Origin: a virus
Lineage: Duplodnaviria; Heunggongvirae; Uroviricota; Caudoviricetes
Strand: one strand, 5' to 3'
IMG/VR virus record: IMGVR_UViG_3300025117_000034
Length of the DNA stretch: 64,000 nucleotides
Notes under the pieces: generated by a model
What the model saw: only the letters and a program-made list of their open reading frames with translations
What the model was told of the DNA's origin: nothing
Database searches by the model: none
Program-made: the position numbers and the translations under genes
Shown here: positions 42,102 through 52,021 of the stretch, in pieces
How positions within the stretch are numbered: the stretch's first letter is position 1
Layout: each line of letters opens with the position of its first letter

Positions 42102-45100
42102 CTACCGACGTGTATTGTACTGTAGTGCACGGAAGATAACTGACTCATTACAAACCTGGCAGCTCTCTTCCTTCTTTGGCTCATCCTTAGCTGGCTCTTC
42201 CACTTCTAGTTCATCAGTGTCTGCATCAGCAACGTCAGTGTCAACATCCTCTTCATTGTCTGACTCTGCATCTGCAGTGGCTTCCTCTGCGTCACTGATC
42301 AGTGCATCAAGATCTTCAGCAAGACCATCACGCTTCTCTTTCATCTTGGCAATGTCAGCTGCATCTGCACCAGCTGCCTCTGCCTCAGAGATCTTGGTGT
42401 CAACTTCGGCAAGCTTGTCGGCTGCTGAGCCAGCTTCATCCCAAGCATCCTCACCAATGTCCATGCTGTCAAACTCATCTGATGGTGCGCTCTCTGGAAC
42501 TGCAGGCACATCCATAGCCAAGCTTGACTCTACCTCACCTGCTGGAGAATCCATACTCTGTGAACCGCCAATGCCGCTGAACTCTTCTGTTGCTTTCTTC
42601 ATCTTGCTCTCTCCTCGTAATGTCGCCTGTGATCTGCTTGGTCCGAACATAGCAGATAAGTGCCCAGCCTGAACTGGGTTACCTTGTGCATCTGTGGTTA
42701 GTACGTTGCCTTTGTTGTCAACTTCTTTGCCCTTTACATCACCAACATAACTGAATGGTTCCTCTGTATCATCACCAGTCTTCTTGTAGTTTACGTTGGT
42801 CTGCCACAAGAAGCTGTTAACTACACGACCTAGATCCTTCAGGCTCTTCTCAAGCAACCCTCTCGAGGTAAGGTCAAAGCTAGGTAGCTTACTAACATCT
42901 ATAATAAACTCCTTCTTTAGTTCCTCTGTAAGAGTGGGGGTTGTGCCTGACGGTACTTCCTCAGTTGCTCCCCAATTGTACGCAAGAAGTTCATCGGCCT
43001 CAACACCACTTGACAATGCACTCTTTAGATACTCATAGTCAAAGGTCTTCTCGGTCTCTACCTGCTTGTCTGATACCATCTTGTTAATGTTTTCTACTTC
43101 CTTGTAGAGTACTTCAAATGATCTTAACAGGCGATTGGTTACACGGTACAGTCTCTCGTAGGTTGAAGAGGATAGCTCAAGGAAGAACTTGATTGCGTTG
43201 TCCATCTTCTTTGGGCCAGTCAAGCCAGCGAGCTGCTGGTTGAGTAGATCAAGCAGACGGGCTTCTTCCTTGGAAGTAGCAACCCTGGCCTTCTTACCTA
43301 CACGTTTTAGATAATCACTAATCACTGCATCAATCTGTTCCGCAGCCTGTACAACTGTCTGAGTCTGTAGCTCACCAGTTTCCTTCTTACCATCAGTTGT
43401 GAACTGGAAGTTCTTCAATGAGCTTCTGAAATCTCTATATGGCTGACCATACTCAAGAAGGTTAACTGTGCCCTCTGGTGTGTCAAAGACAAAGAAATCT
43501 TTCTTCATAGACTTGCCAAGCACAGGGAAGATATCGCTGATGTACACGTCACCTGCAGGTGTTTCAGATACACCTAGGTATTTTGTTCCTGTGCCTGCTG
43601 CTGTCTTAAATGCATCCTTGAAAGCATCATTGATATCAGCACCCTTTGATGATTCCTTCTCAGCTGCAAGTGTTGCATTGGCTACACGCTCGTAGTCAAG
43701 GGTGCTCTCGAACCTTCTGTATGCATCACGGATCTCATTGGCATCCTGTACGAACTGATCCTTAGCTGTGCGTAGGTTGTTAAGAGCAGTGTTAAAGTCT
43801 GCGCCCATGTCTAGCACATCATCAGCTACATCCTTCTTTACTTTGGCACGGGCTTCAGCAAAGATGCTGACACTCTCGTACTTAAGTGGCTTGCCCTGCA
43901 TGTACGCTTCCATACAGGTGAACCATGTGTACACTGCGCTGATGCTATATGTGGCATCATGCACACCAACAACAGTGTTGTTATCAGTCAGATATACAAC
44001 TGACCAAGCTCCAGGCTTACGGATGAAGCGCAGCTTAGTAACAAGGACATCAGCTGCTTTGCCCTTGATCCTCAGGCTGTCAACGATCATCTTCCTTGCC
44101 TGTGCAGCATCTGAAGAACCAGACTTGGATGACTGCACTGCACTGGCAATGTTACGCTGAGCCAAGCTTACACTGAATGGTGTATAGTCGGAGTACTTGC
44201 GTACAATATCATTGTAGTACCCAACTAGATACAAAGACATATTGCGTAGAATAACATTATGGGTCTCAACAGGAACTGCATCTCTAACCTGCTTACCCTC
44301 TTTCTGCACGAACTCTTTCATCACATTTGCTTTGGCTGGGTTCTTGGTATCTGGAACCTTGTCACCAATGCTGAACTCAATACTGAGGATCTTACCAGAG
44401 TTCTTTGAGATGACTGCATTGCTGAAGTCAGTGGCAATCTTCTTGCCGATTGACGAGACAAAGTGTTTAGCTACGCCCTTCTTGGTGGCTAGTAGTTCTT
44501 CGCTCTCACCAAAGGATTCATTGGGAATCTCAAATGCTTTCTGTGCATTCTTGTCACCCTCAACAAATGCCTTGGTGGCAACCTGCATATCACTCAAGCA
44601 CAAGCTCTGGTCATAGTTAAGGAAGCTTGAAGCCACAGACTTATCCTTGAAGAAGTCAAATACTTCCTTTGGTGATGCTGTGTTCTTACGCTTCTGGTAC
44701 TCATCTTCCTTCTCGCCAGCCTGCTTTGGAACTGACAACTCAAGGTTCTTACCATCAGCTGACCAGCGAATAGGAAAGGTTCCAGGGGCAGCAACAGCCA
44801 TACGCATGGAGATCTGTCTGACAATCTCAAACACTTTCATGCTTGACTCTAACAAAGCATTGTTGGCTGCAGCAAGCTTCCGGATAGAAACCTTTAGTGC
44901 GGCTATGAACTTCTGATCAACTTCTTTATGGCTAATGATAATATCTTTGTATGTATGTAACAGGTCTACCTGTTCTTTAACCACACCACGATTGGTGGTC
45001 TGCTCAGTGTTAGCCTGCTCGTAAGCATCCCACAGCTTCTGTGCGTCCATTCCCTCGTAGGTATCAAACAGCTTATCGCCAGCTCGTGAGCTGACAGCAT

Positions 45101-46118
45101 CATCCTTTGAGTACTTGTACACAAAGTGGAGGGTTGTTACTGGACTCTGGCGACCAACCTTCTTACTATATGATCTCCAGTTAAGAGTATAGAAGTCACC
45201 ACTTGATGCAGAGATCTTCTGTGCCCCAGTCTTGTCAGCATTGGGATCAAGGTTCTCACCTGTCTCAATAGCTGCCTGCTGAGCAACATAAAGATCCTCA
45301 AGGGTTCTGGTGTCATCAATCTGCTTCTGTGATGTACCTTTCTCCTTGACCTTTGTCTTGGCTGCTTTCTTATCTTCCTTACCCTTCTTATAGATATCAA
45401 TGTATTTGTAGTAGTCGTTGTTCTTTGTATCAATAGCATCAAGCAAACGCTTGGTGAAGTACTCGTTGCGCTCAATATCATTTAGATATACATTAGCTGT
45501 TGTAATACTGGACTCTGATGGTTCAGGTCTTAGTGCACCAAAGTCCTGACCATACCGTGATTTCAGAATTGACTTGAAAGCATTGAGCTTACCTGCAACT
45601 GTCTTGCCCTCTCCAACCCTCTCAATGCCGATCTCATCACGAATATAATCAAGCAGTGCTTCCCTGCCCTTCAACGCAATCTTATCAGCTACTGATGCAT
45701 TGCCAACAATGCCAGCCAGCTCAGCTAGCTGGTTGTCGTCACTGATCAAACTGGCTGCATCTCTTACCTGCTTCTTAAGTATGGCCAGCTTCTTAACCAG
45801 GTCAGGGATCTCCTGGGCTTTGGCTGTTGAGATATTAATGAAGTCAAAGTACTCCTTTGGAACCCCAGCTTCAACAAGGGCATTGGATACTTCGCTGTAG
45901 GACTGATCATCAATGACTGAAGCTGCAATGTCTGCTGTTAGCTTGTTCTTGTCTTTGCCATAGCGAGCAACACGGTCTGCACCTAGGATCTTATCACTTA
46001 CTTTGGCTAGGGCACTTGAGTCTAAATCCTTTAGTAGATTGGAGATGACAGACTTCTTGTACTCAAAAAGTCCAGGAGCTGCCTCAAGCGCAATTGTAGT
46101 ATCTTTTGTTTCAGACAT
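42102..46118 (-). CDS. large (1338 aa) hypothetical protein with acidic C-terminal tail, probable virion protein
   Basis: Single uninterrupted ORF. Promoter-like GTATATAACTAAAC motif upstream. Acidic DEEDVDTDVADADTDE tail with CQVCNES. Confidence 0.6.
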   Translation of the reverse strand: MSETKDTTIALEAAPGLFEYKKSVISNLLKDLDSSALAKVSDKILGADRVARYGKDKNKLTADIAASVIDDQSYSEVSNALVEAGVPKEYFDFINISTAKAQEIPDLVKKLAILKKQVRDAASLISDDNQLAELAGIVGNASVADKIALKGREALLDYIRDEIGIERVGEGKTVAGKLNAFKSILKSRYGQDFGALRPEPSESSITTANVYLNDIERNEYFTKRLLDAIDTKNNDYYKYIDIYKKGKEDKKAAKTKVKEKGTSQKQIDDTRTLEDLYVAQQAAIETGENLDPNADKTGAQKISASSGDFYTLNWRSYSKKVGRQSPVTTLHFVYKYSKDDAVSSRAGDKLFDTYEGMDAQKLWDAYEQANTEQTTNRGVVKEQVDLLHTYKDIIISHKEVDQKFIAALKVSIRKLAAANNALLESSMKVFEIVRQISMRMAVAAPGTFPIRWSADGKNLELSVPKQAGEKEDEYQKRKNTASPKEVFDFFKDKSVASSFLNYDQSLCLSDMQVATKAFVEGDKNAQKAFEIPNESFGESEELLATKKGVAKHFVSSIGKKIATDFSNAVISKNSGKILSIEFSIGDKVPDTKNPAKANVMKEFVQKEGKQVRDAVPVETHNVILRNMSLYLVGYYNDIVRKYSDYTPFSVSLAQRNIASAVQSSKSGSSDAAQARKMIVDSLRIKGKAADVLVTKLRFIRKPGAWSVVYLTDNNTVVGVHDATYSISAVYTWFTCMEAYMQGKPLKYESVSIFAEARAKVKKDVADDVLDMGADFNTALNNLRTAKDQFVQDANEIRDAYRRFESTLDYERVANATLAAEKESSKGADINDAFKDAFKTAAGTGTKYLGVSETPAGDVYISDIFPVLGKSMKKDFFVFDTPEGTVNLLEYGQPYRDFRSSLKNFQFTTDGKKETGELQTQTVVQAAEQIDAVISDYLKRVGKKARVATSKEEARLLDLLNQQLAGLTGPKKMDNAIKFFLELSSSTYERLYRVTNRLLRSFEVLYKEVENINKMVSDKQVETEKTFDYEYLKSALSSGVEADELLAYNWGATEEVPSGTTPTLTEELKKEFIIDVSKLPSFDLTSRGLLEKSLKDLGRVVNSFLWQTNVNYKKTGDDTEEPFSYVGDVKGKEVDNKGNVLTTDAQGNPVQAGHLSAMFGPSRSQATLRGESKMKKATEEFSGIGGSQSMDSPAGEVESSLAMDVPAVPESAPSDEFDSMDIGEDAWDEAGSAADKLAEVDTKISEAEAAGADAADIAKMKEKRDGLAEDLDALISDAEEATADAESDNEEDVDTDVADADTDELEVEEPAKDEPKKEESCQVCNESVIFRALQYNTRR

Positions 46119-46158
46119 TTAAGTACCTCTTAGTATACTTACTTACAGAAGTATATAA

Positions 46159-46503
46159 CTAAACCGTCTTTAGACCTAGATCACTTGGAACAGTTACCAT
46201 GACCCCACCGATGTTAACTGGGATACCTTGATCCTCACCACAGCTCTCATCATCAACCACATCTACAGCAGCTGGCATAGCATCCATTCCCATAGCCTGA
46301 GCCATCTGCAGCATGGCTGGATCCTTGATTGATGCTGTGCTGTTGGATACATTGACAACAATGATGATAGGCTGCACACCATCTGCACCACCCATCATTG
46401 CCATATCCTGATCCATTATATCCTGAGGGAACTGCTGCTGACCATGCCCCAGAAGACTCTGGAGCTGGTCAATGGGAACTACTTGAACCTGTGGCTGAGC
46501 CAT
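46159..46503 (-). CDS. hypothetical protein
   Basis: ORF track, 114 aa. Confidence 0.5.
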   Translation of the reverse strand: MAQPQVQVVPIDQLQSLLGHGQQQFPQDIMDQDMAMMGGADGVQPIIIVVNVSNSTASIKDPAMLQMAQAMGMDAMPAAVDVVDDESCGEDQGIPVNIGGVMVTVPSDLGLKTV

Positions 46504-46508
46504 ATATA

Positions 46509-47363
46509 CTACTGACCCTTCTTGATACGGGAGATAATGTCATCAAGGTTATCTTCATCAGGGGTATGAATGGCTTCATCCTGGGTTACATCGTTGTTGT
46601 TACCCAGCTCATCAAGCTCTTCCTTCTCGTCTTCAGTACCCTCTTCTTCAGCGTCCTTCTCTGCAGCCCTAACTTCCTTGTTAAGATCGGTTTCGAGATC
46701 CTCAATGATAGGAGGTAGGTCGCTAACATCAATTGCCTTAATGCGAGCAAGGATCTCCTCAATGATATCCTCGCCTTCCTTCTCTGACTCCTGCATGATC
46801 TGGCGCATCTCTTCAGCCTTCGAGCGCAGGTTAACTGCGAGCTCATCAGCCTTCTCTTCGATAAGATCTAGGATTTCTTCCCATCTTTCTTCAAGGACTT
46901 TCTTTTTGTCCGAAGCTTCATCAGGTTCAGAATCTCCATGGCGGTCATCTTTATCTTCGTCATCAGCGTCTTCTGAGTCTTCTTTGGTTTCTTTGTTGAA
47001 ATCTTCTGAGTCACTACCTTCTTTTTCTTTGTCATCATTATCATCCTTATCTTCAAACATAGCAGTATAAAACTCGTCATCGAGTTCCTCTTCAAAGTTC
47101 TCCACAGTTGATACCTTGATACCGTCTGGCATACCCTTGATGGTATCTGGTGGAATATTTACTAGTGACGTAGCATAGCCATCGCACCCGTCAACGGAGC
47201 ACTTGTCAATGCGTTCATCATCTTCCTTGAAAGCTAGGAGCACACTGTTGCTGATGCCTGAGATTAGACGACAGGTATTACAGATAGGGGCATAGATAGT
47301 CCCGTCACTGTTCTTGATAACCTTGGCATCAACGAACTCTAAACCCTTGAATTCAATAGACAT
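46509..47363 (-). CDS. Zn-binding N-terminus plus acidic C-terminal region protein
   Basis: CNTCRL...CSVDGCDG, then a D/E/K-rich tail. Confidence 0.55.
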   Translation of the reverse strand: MSIEFKGLEFVDAKVIKNSDGTIYAPICNTCRLISGISNSVLLAFKEDDERIDKCSVDGCDGYATSLVNIPPDTIKGMPDGIKVSTVENFEEELDDEFYTAMFEDKDDNDDKEKEGSDSEDFNKETKEDSEDADDEDKDDRHGDSEPDEASDKKKVLEERWEEILDLIEEKADELAVNLRSKAEEMRQIMQESEKEGEDIIEEILARIKAIDVSDLPPIIEDLETDLNKEVRAAEKDAEEEGTEDEKEELDELGNNNDVTQDEAIHTPDEDNLDDIISRIKKGQ

Positions 47364-47375
47364 TGTGTTCCTCCA

Positions 47376-47636
47376 CTACTTTTTCTTTTTGGTTTTCTTA
47401 GCAGCCTTAGTGGGCTGTGCTTCAGTCTCTTCTAGTTTATTAATAACTTCTTCAGCTGTCTCATTTGTGAAGGACATAATCTTTGATCCGTCACGGAATA
47501 TATCACAGACACCAAGAAGGTACTGGATGTTACCTACATAGGTTGTAGTCATCTGACAGTTTGGCTGAAGCACAATGCTGCTGACTCCTGTGTTAACTGC
47601 TACTGCCTCGTCACTCTTATTGTGTACTTGGTACAT
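47376..47636 (-). CDS. hypothetical protein
   Basis: ORF track, 86 aa, KKTKKKK tail. Confidence 0.45.
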   Translation of the reverse strand: MYQVHNKSDEAVAVNTGVSSIVLQPNCQMTTTYVGNIQYLLGVCDIFRDGSKIMSFTNETAEEVINKLEETEAQPTKAAKKTKKKK

Positions 47637-47646
47637 TAGTTTAATC

Positions 47647-48372
47647 CTACCTAATAGAAGGCATTGGAATGGCCTTAGCCAACTGCTGCTCCAAGCGTTC
47701 CTTACTTGCTAGACCTTCTTGCTTAATGCTTGCACCCTGTACATCAAGACCTACCGCTGTTGCCTTGGATAGTATTTCGCCCTGCCTCAACTGGAACAAA
47801 GCTAGTGAGTACTCTTTGATCCAACGGAATGCAAACCTATCCTGCAAACGATAATTAGGTGAGAATGGATGAGCAGGGATCTCTCTCTTGTATGTAACAA
47901 ACAATGACACTGCGCCATAAGGCATCTGGTTTACTGTTAGTCTGCCAATCTCCTGGAAGAATCTCCAGTCAAACCTGAGCCCAAAGTACTGACGATACTG
48001 GGCCAGAAACTGTCTTGTAAGGATTAGCTGCTGCATATCACGGTACTGACCGCCACCACCAGTCAGCATCTTATCTGTCCAGTTTAAAAGAATAAGGTCA
48101 GTGATACTGTCAACGCTGCCAACTTCACTGACCATGTTAGGTACACGAGGAATAACATCTACAACTGAGATAGCATTAAGATCTGTCATATCAATAACAG
48201 CAGATCTGTTCTGCCCTATTGTTGGGCTGATCTCATCACAGCGTGTCTCGCCACACTCACAGTTAAAATAATCTAAAGCATGGGCTACACAACTCTCTGG
48301 TGTCCCAGGTTCAATTGTAGGAATCGGTTGAAAGTAATTATCTAAATAGTCTACTATATAGCTTAGTAGCAT
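47647..48372 (-). CDS. hypothetical protein
   Basis: ORF track, 241 aa. Confidence 0.55.
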   Translation of the reverse strand: MLLSYIVDYLDNYFQPIPTIEPGTPESCVAHALDYFNCECGETRCDEISPTIGQNRSAVIDMTDLNAISVVDVIPRVPNMVSEVGSVDSITDLILLNWTDKMLTGGGGQYRDMQQLILTRQFLAQYRQYFGLRFDWRFFQEIGRLTVNQMPYGAVSLFVTYKREIPAHPFSPNYRLQDRFAFRWIKEYSLALFQLRQGEILSKATAVGLDVQGASIKQEGLASKERLEQQLAKAIPMPSIR

Positions 48373-48450
48373 GAGGGCTCCTACCTATGAAAAAAGGAGC
48401 TGAGCTTTTACGCCCAGCTCCTTTATTTGAATCAAGTTACTTACTAACTA

Positions 48451-49932
48451 CTACACCCACCGGATGCTGCTCTTCACGAAGAAGCCGTCGTTCAGCATTG
48501 TCTGGGCATTCTTTGTGATCACGCCACGTTCATATTCCATGTTCCCTACTGGATATGGATCAGTGACCATGATTGGAATGAATGGAAGCCATGCATAACC
48601 GGCTTCGATCCAGCTGTTACCCTTTGCGCCCATGACATACTCATTGTCACCATACGCTAGGTTACGGTAGATGTCCCAACGATCCATCAACCGACCAACC
48701 TTGTGTGGACCTGTAGGTGGCTGCATGCCGTTGTTCTCAACCTTGAACATTGTGTTAGGCATTGACATGATCAGGTTGCAAACTTCGTTACCTGCACCCA
48801 GCCATGTGCCCTGGATACGCCGTGTGGTCTTGTAGATCTGTGAACTTTCGCGCTGTAGATGCTTCACGAAGTCCTGGGCGCGTTCCATTTCGCTGATGAA
48901 CACTGGGTTAGCTGCTAGGAAGCGGTCTGCACCGGCTAGAGTTGATGCAGGAGCCTGTGCCATAATGTCGTCCAGAACTAGCTGGTCGATTTCGGCGCGG
49001 AGCTCACCGGCGAGAATTGCGATTGCTTCGTCGTCAATGCTCTTGCCATAGTGCTGCTCTAGTTCGAATGCTGAGTCAAGCAACCAATTCATTGCTAGCT
49101 GACGCTTCTGTGCTACCACGACTGCCTCACGGATTGCGAGCTTCACGCGGCCAGTGTTGGCTGGGCGACTTTCGAAGTCGAACTCATAGCTTGCAACTGT
49201 TAGTGCATTGGTCTGAGGAACGAACGCAACACCAACGTTGAAGGTACCAATTGCCTGGGTGTTGTCATGAACGATTGTTACTGTGTCAACGCCATCAGTG
49301 ATGGTGAATGAACTAGCTGCTGCAGTGCCAGTGAAGGTACGAACAGCTGCACCATCCCAGTAACCAACAGTAACAGTAGCCCCAGTCTTGAATGGGAAAT
49401 GCTCGAAGCTGTGTTCATAGTTGGTACCAATTGCACCAAAGGCTGCAATAGGCTCGCCCTGAACGATGTCTGAGCTGAAGTACTTATAGGCATTACCATT
49501 GTTACGGAGACCAGTAACCTTCTGTGCATGGAACATTGTGTCGCCTGGGCGAATGATACCCTGGCCTGTTTCATACTGGTAGTCTAGCCAGAAGACCTGA
49601 CCAGTCTTACGATCCATAGGCTGAACGCTAACAATGTCGTCTAGGATTGAGCTTGGGATCAGTGCGCTGATCAGCTCGAAACCATGACGAATGTAGGTGC
49701 CTAGGTCTGAAGTGGTTAGCCCTTCAGTCTTTAGGTAACCGCGTTTCTTTGCAATCCCTTCGAAGTAAGCCTGGGTATTGGTGAGGCACTGCCCTAGAAC
49801 TGCTTCAACGTTCTCAGGTAGGTTGCGGCCATGAGCTGTCTTGTAGAAGCTCTGGACTGCTTCCAGGTGTTTCTTGAATTTGCTGTTGGCAGCTTTGCAA
49901 CCCTGCTCAACTAGCTGTGTGTGATTTGCCAT
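48451..49932 (-). CDS. major capsid protein, T4 gp23-like (HK97 fold)
   Basis: LDDIVSVQPMDRKTGQVFWLDYQY matches T4 gp23 FDICGVQPMNSPTGQVFALRAVYG. VAQKRQLAMNWLLDSAFELE matches IEAKSRQLKAAYSIELAQDL. Promoter-like motif about 110 nt upstream. Confidence 0.85.
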   Translation of the reverse strand: MANHTQLVEQGCKAANSKFKKHLEAVQSFYKTAHGRNLPENVEAVLGQCLTNTQAYFEGIAKKRGYLKTEGLTTSDLGTYIRHGFELISALIPSSILDDIVSVQPMDRKTGQVFWLDYQYETGQGIIRPGDTMFHAQKVTGLRNNGNAYKYFSSDIVQGEPIAAFGAIGTNYEHSFEHFPFKTGATVTVGYWDGAAVRTFTGTAAASSFTITDGVDTVTIVHDNTQAIGTFNVGVAFVPQTNALTVASYEFDFESRPANTGRVKLAIREAVVVAQKRQLAMNWLLDSAFELEQHYGKSIDDEAIAILAGELRAEIDQLVLDDIMAQAPASTLAGADRFLAANPVFISEMERAQDFVKHLQRESSQIYKTTRRIQGTWLGAGNEVCNLIMSMPNTMFKVENNGMQPPTGPHKVGRLMDRWDIYRNLAYGDNEYVMGAKGNSWIEAGYAWLPFIPIMVTDPYPVGNMEYERGVITKNAQTMLNDGFFVKSSIRWV

Positions 49933-50041
49933 CTGTGTTCTCCCTTTTGGGTTTTAGTTTTCACTGCTTTTTATAACTAGGTGGTTTCGCTCTTGCCTCA
50001 AGTAGAAAGTCTCACACTTAAGAACTTTGCTAACCAAATAG

Positions 50042-50056
50042 GTATATAAGTAATTC
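50042..50056 (-). promoter_or_regulatory. conserved promoter-like motif GTATATAAGTAATTC (plus-strand reading) ~110 nt upstream of the MCP gene
   Basis: The same 15-mer occurs at 59217..59231. Related ATGTATAAGTAA occurs at 33703, 34698, 54632, 46151 and 36133, always just upstream of minus-strand gene starts. Confidence 0.45.
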
Positions 50057-50064
50057 AGAGAATG

Positions 50065-51537
50065 TTAACGCCGAGCTGACTTCTTTATAACATTTGTCAG
50101 GCGATTAACTTCAGGATCAACCTGCTTGCCTAGCTCGTCCTCGATCTCACGCTGAATATTCTCAACCTTAATCATCTCTGTAGGTAGTGCTTCCTTCATT
50201 GTTTCGTGTAGCTCAGTGTAACGCTGCTCAACCATCTTGACTTCCTTAACTGACTTGCACGATTCAACAAGGCTGCGGAACTCATCATTGTTAGTCTGGC
50301 CTAGATTCTTTAGTACTGCCTCACCAGCCAGCTTAACCTCTACCTCTTCATTGGTACCCTGTAGTTCCTTAACCTTAGCTGTAAGACGAGTAATAGCTGA
50401 CTCGTAGCGGGCCTTCATCTCATCTGCTGCAGCAAGCTTTGCCTTCTGGTCATTGATCATATCACGCATCTTCTCAATAGCCACAACTGACTTCTCCGTA
50501 AGGACTTCGCCAGTTGACTCAGTGCTGTTGAGCTTCTCACGCATACGACCAACAAGGCCATCTGCTAGCTGGACCTGACGATCAGCCTCTGCCTTAACCT
50601 CTTCCATCTTAACTGAGCTCTCTGCAATCTTAGAGCGTAGGTCCTTGGCTGTGTTAATGAAGCTTTCACGCATCTTTAGATAATTGCTCTTCACTGTGTC
50701 AATCTTAGCAGTGAAGGATGCAACCTCTTCATTAGCCTTAGCTAGCTGCTCCTGGAGATCAACCTTTTCTTTTGCTGCCTTCTCAAGTAGTTCCTGGACT
50801 TCTGTGCTTTCCATTGGGTTGATCTCCTTCTCAGTGGTGGTCTCTTCTTTAGGTGCCTCAACTACTGGCTCTGCTACTACTTCCTTAACTGCTTCCTCTG
50901 TAACTTTCTTGTAGCCAAGTGCTTCCATAATAACCTTGGAATCATCAGAGTTAGACTTAGCGATACTTTCCATAAGTGACTTAGCACCCTTTCTAATATC
51001 CAATGATTCGCCAATAGGCTTTAGTACTGCACACTTAACTGAGGGATCAATGACATAATCCCAACCGAAGATCTCACCTTCATTGATGTCTTCGAACTCA
51101 CCGTTGTACTCTGATACAGCAAGAGCACGTGAGCTAACACCTAGGCGAACACCTGCATCTAGAAGAACTTTAACGTCACGACCAGCTGAGGTATTGAATA
51201 CTTCAACTTTACCCATGACGTTGTTGCCTTCAACACGAAGGCTTGTGATTGCATGTGAGGTTAGGTTCTCAAAGAATGAACCATCATCAAGGTTACGTGG
51301 GTGTGAGTACTGACCAAGTAGTAGCTTGCCTTCAAGCTTCTCTTTGGTTGATTCCTGATTGAGCCATGTGTCCCAGAACTTCTTAGTGTACCGACGCTTG
51401 TTCTGGTTGGCAGTATCAATCTGCTGAACGATACCTTCATAAGTGCCTATGATAGCTGGGTTACTGGTAATGCCAGCAACAGCTGTGAAGCCACCAGTAC
51501 TCTCACAAGCTACTGTAAGCATTTTCTTATCGCTCAT
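50065..51537 (-). CDS. candidate prohead protease/scaffold protein (gp21/gp22-position)
   Basis: Sits between the candidate portal and the MCP as in T4. Long E/K-rich coiled-coil C-terminal half. Confidence 0.4.
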   Translation of the reverse strand: MSDKKMLTVACESTGGFTAVAGITSNPAIIGTYEGIVQQIDTANQNKRRYTKKFWDTWLNQESTKEKLEGKLLLGQYSHPRNLDDGSFFENLTSHAITSLRVEGNNVMGKVEVFNTSAGRDVKVLLDAGVRLGVSSRALAVSEYNGEFEDINEGEIFGWDYVIDPSVKCAVLKPIGESLDIRKGAKSLMESIAKSNSDDSKVIMEALGYKKVTEEAVKEVVAEPVVEAPKEETTTEKEINPMESTEVQELLEKAAKEKVDLQEQLAKANEEVASFTAKIDTVKSNYLKMRESFINTAKDLRSKIAESSVKMEEVKAEADRQVQLADGLVGRMREKLNSTESTGEVLTEKSVVAIEKMRDMINDQKAKLAAADEMKARYESAITRLTAKVKELQGTNEEVEVKLAGEAVLKNLGQTNNDEFRSLVESCKSVKEVKMVEQRYTELHETMKEALPTEMIKVENIQREIEDELGKQVDPEVNRLTNVIKKSARR

Positions 51538-52021
51538 TATTGGTTACCTCTAGTCCTAAAATGTATTTCATTCCTTCGATTGCAAATGCATAATCTGATT
51601 GCTCACATACTTTTCTGAGTATATTATTAAACCGTTGGAAGATAGACTTAACATTTCCCAGCTTCTCAAATTCAATAAACAGATGTGTCATTGCGCTAGA
51701 CACTATCTTGTTCATGCTCTCTTCCTGCAGGCTTCCAGACAACACTCTCTGGAAGTTACGGAAGAATGGTTTGTCCTTGGAGTACTCCCTAAAGTGGGAT
51801 AGGAATAGTGCCTCCTGAAGGACACACAAATCCTCTGTCTTGAATAAGTTAAGATTATCTAGGACGAAGGATTCATTTGTTTGAATAAGGTTCTTCAGAT
51901 AGGAAAGGTCTTCGCTACTACTCTTTGCTTTGTACCTCTTTACTCTTTCCTTTACTATCTGAAACTCGTACAAACTTTCTAACTTCCTTGAAGTCATACT
52001 TGCCCTTACCTTTGTCTTCAT
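51527..52021 (-). CDS. hypothetical protein
   Basis: ORF track, 164 aa. Overlaps the end of the upstream gene. Confidence 0.4.
   Translation of the reverse strand: MKTKVRASMTSRKLESLYEFQIVKERVKRYKAKSSSEDLSYLKNLIQTNESFVLDNLNLFKTEDLCVLQEALFLSHFREYSKDKPFFRNFQRVLSGSLQEESMNKIVSSAMTHLFIEFEKLGNVKSIFQRFNNILRKVCEQSDYAFAIEGMKYILGLEVTNNER

Noticed and set aside
40082-42672. Long Ser-rich plus-strand ORFs (40082..40444, 40466..40984, 41308..41736, 41818..42672, 46570..47070)
   Set aside because: They are antisense shadows of D/E-rich minus-strand genes (GAx codons read as xTC). They lack RBSs and break gene colinearity.
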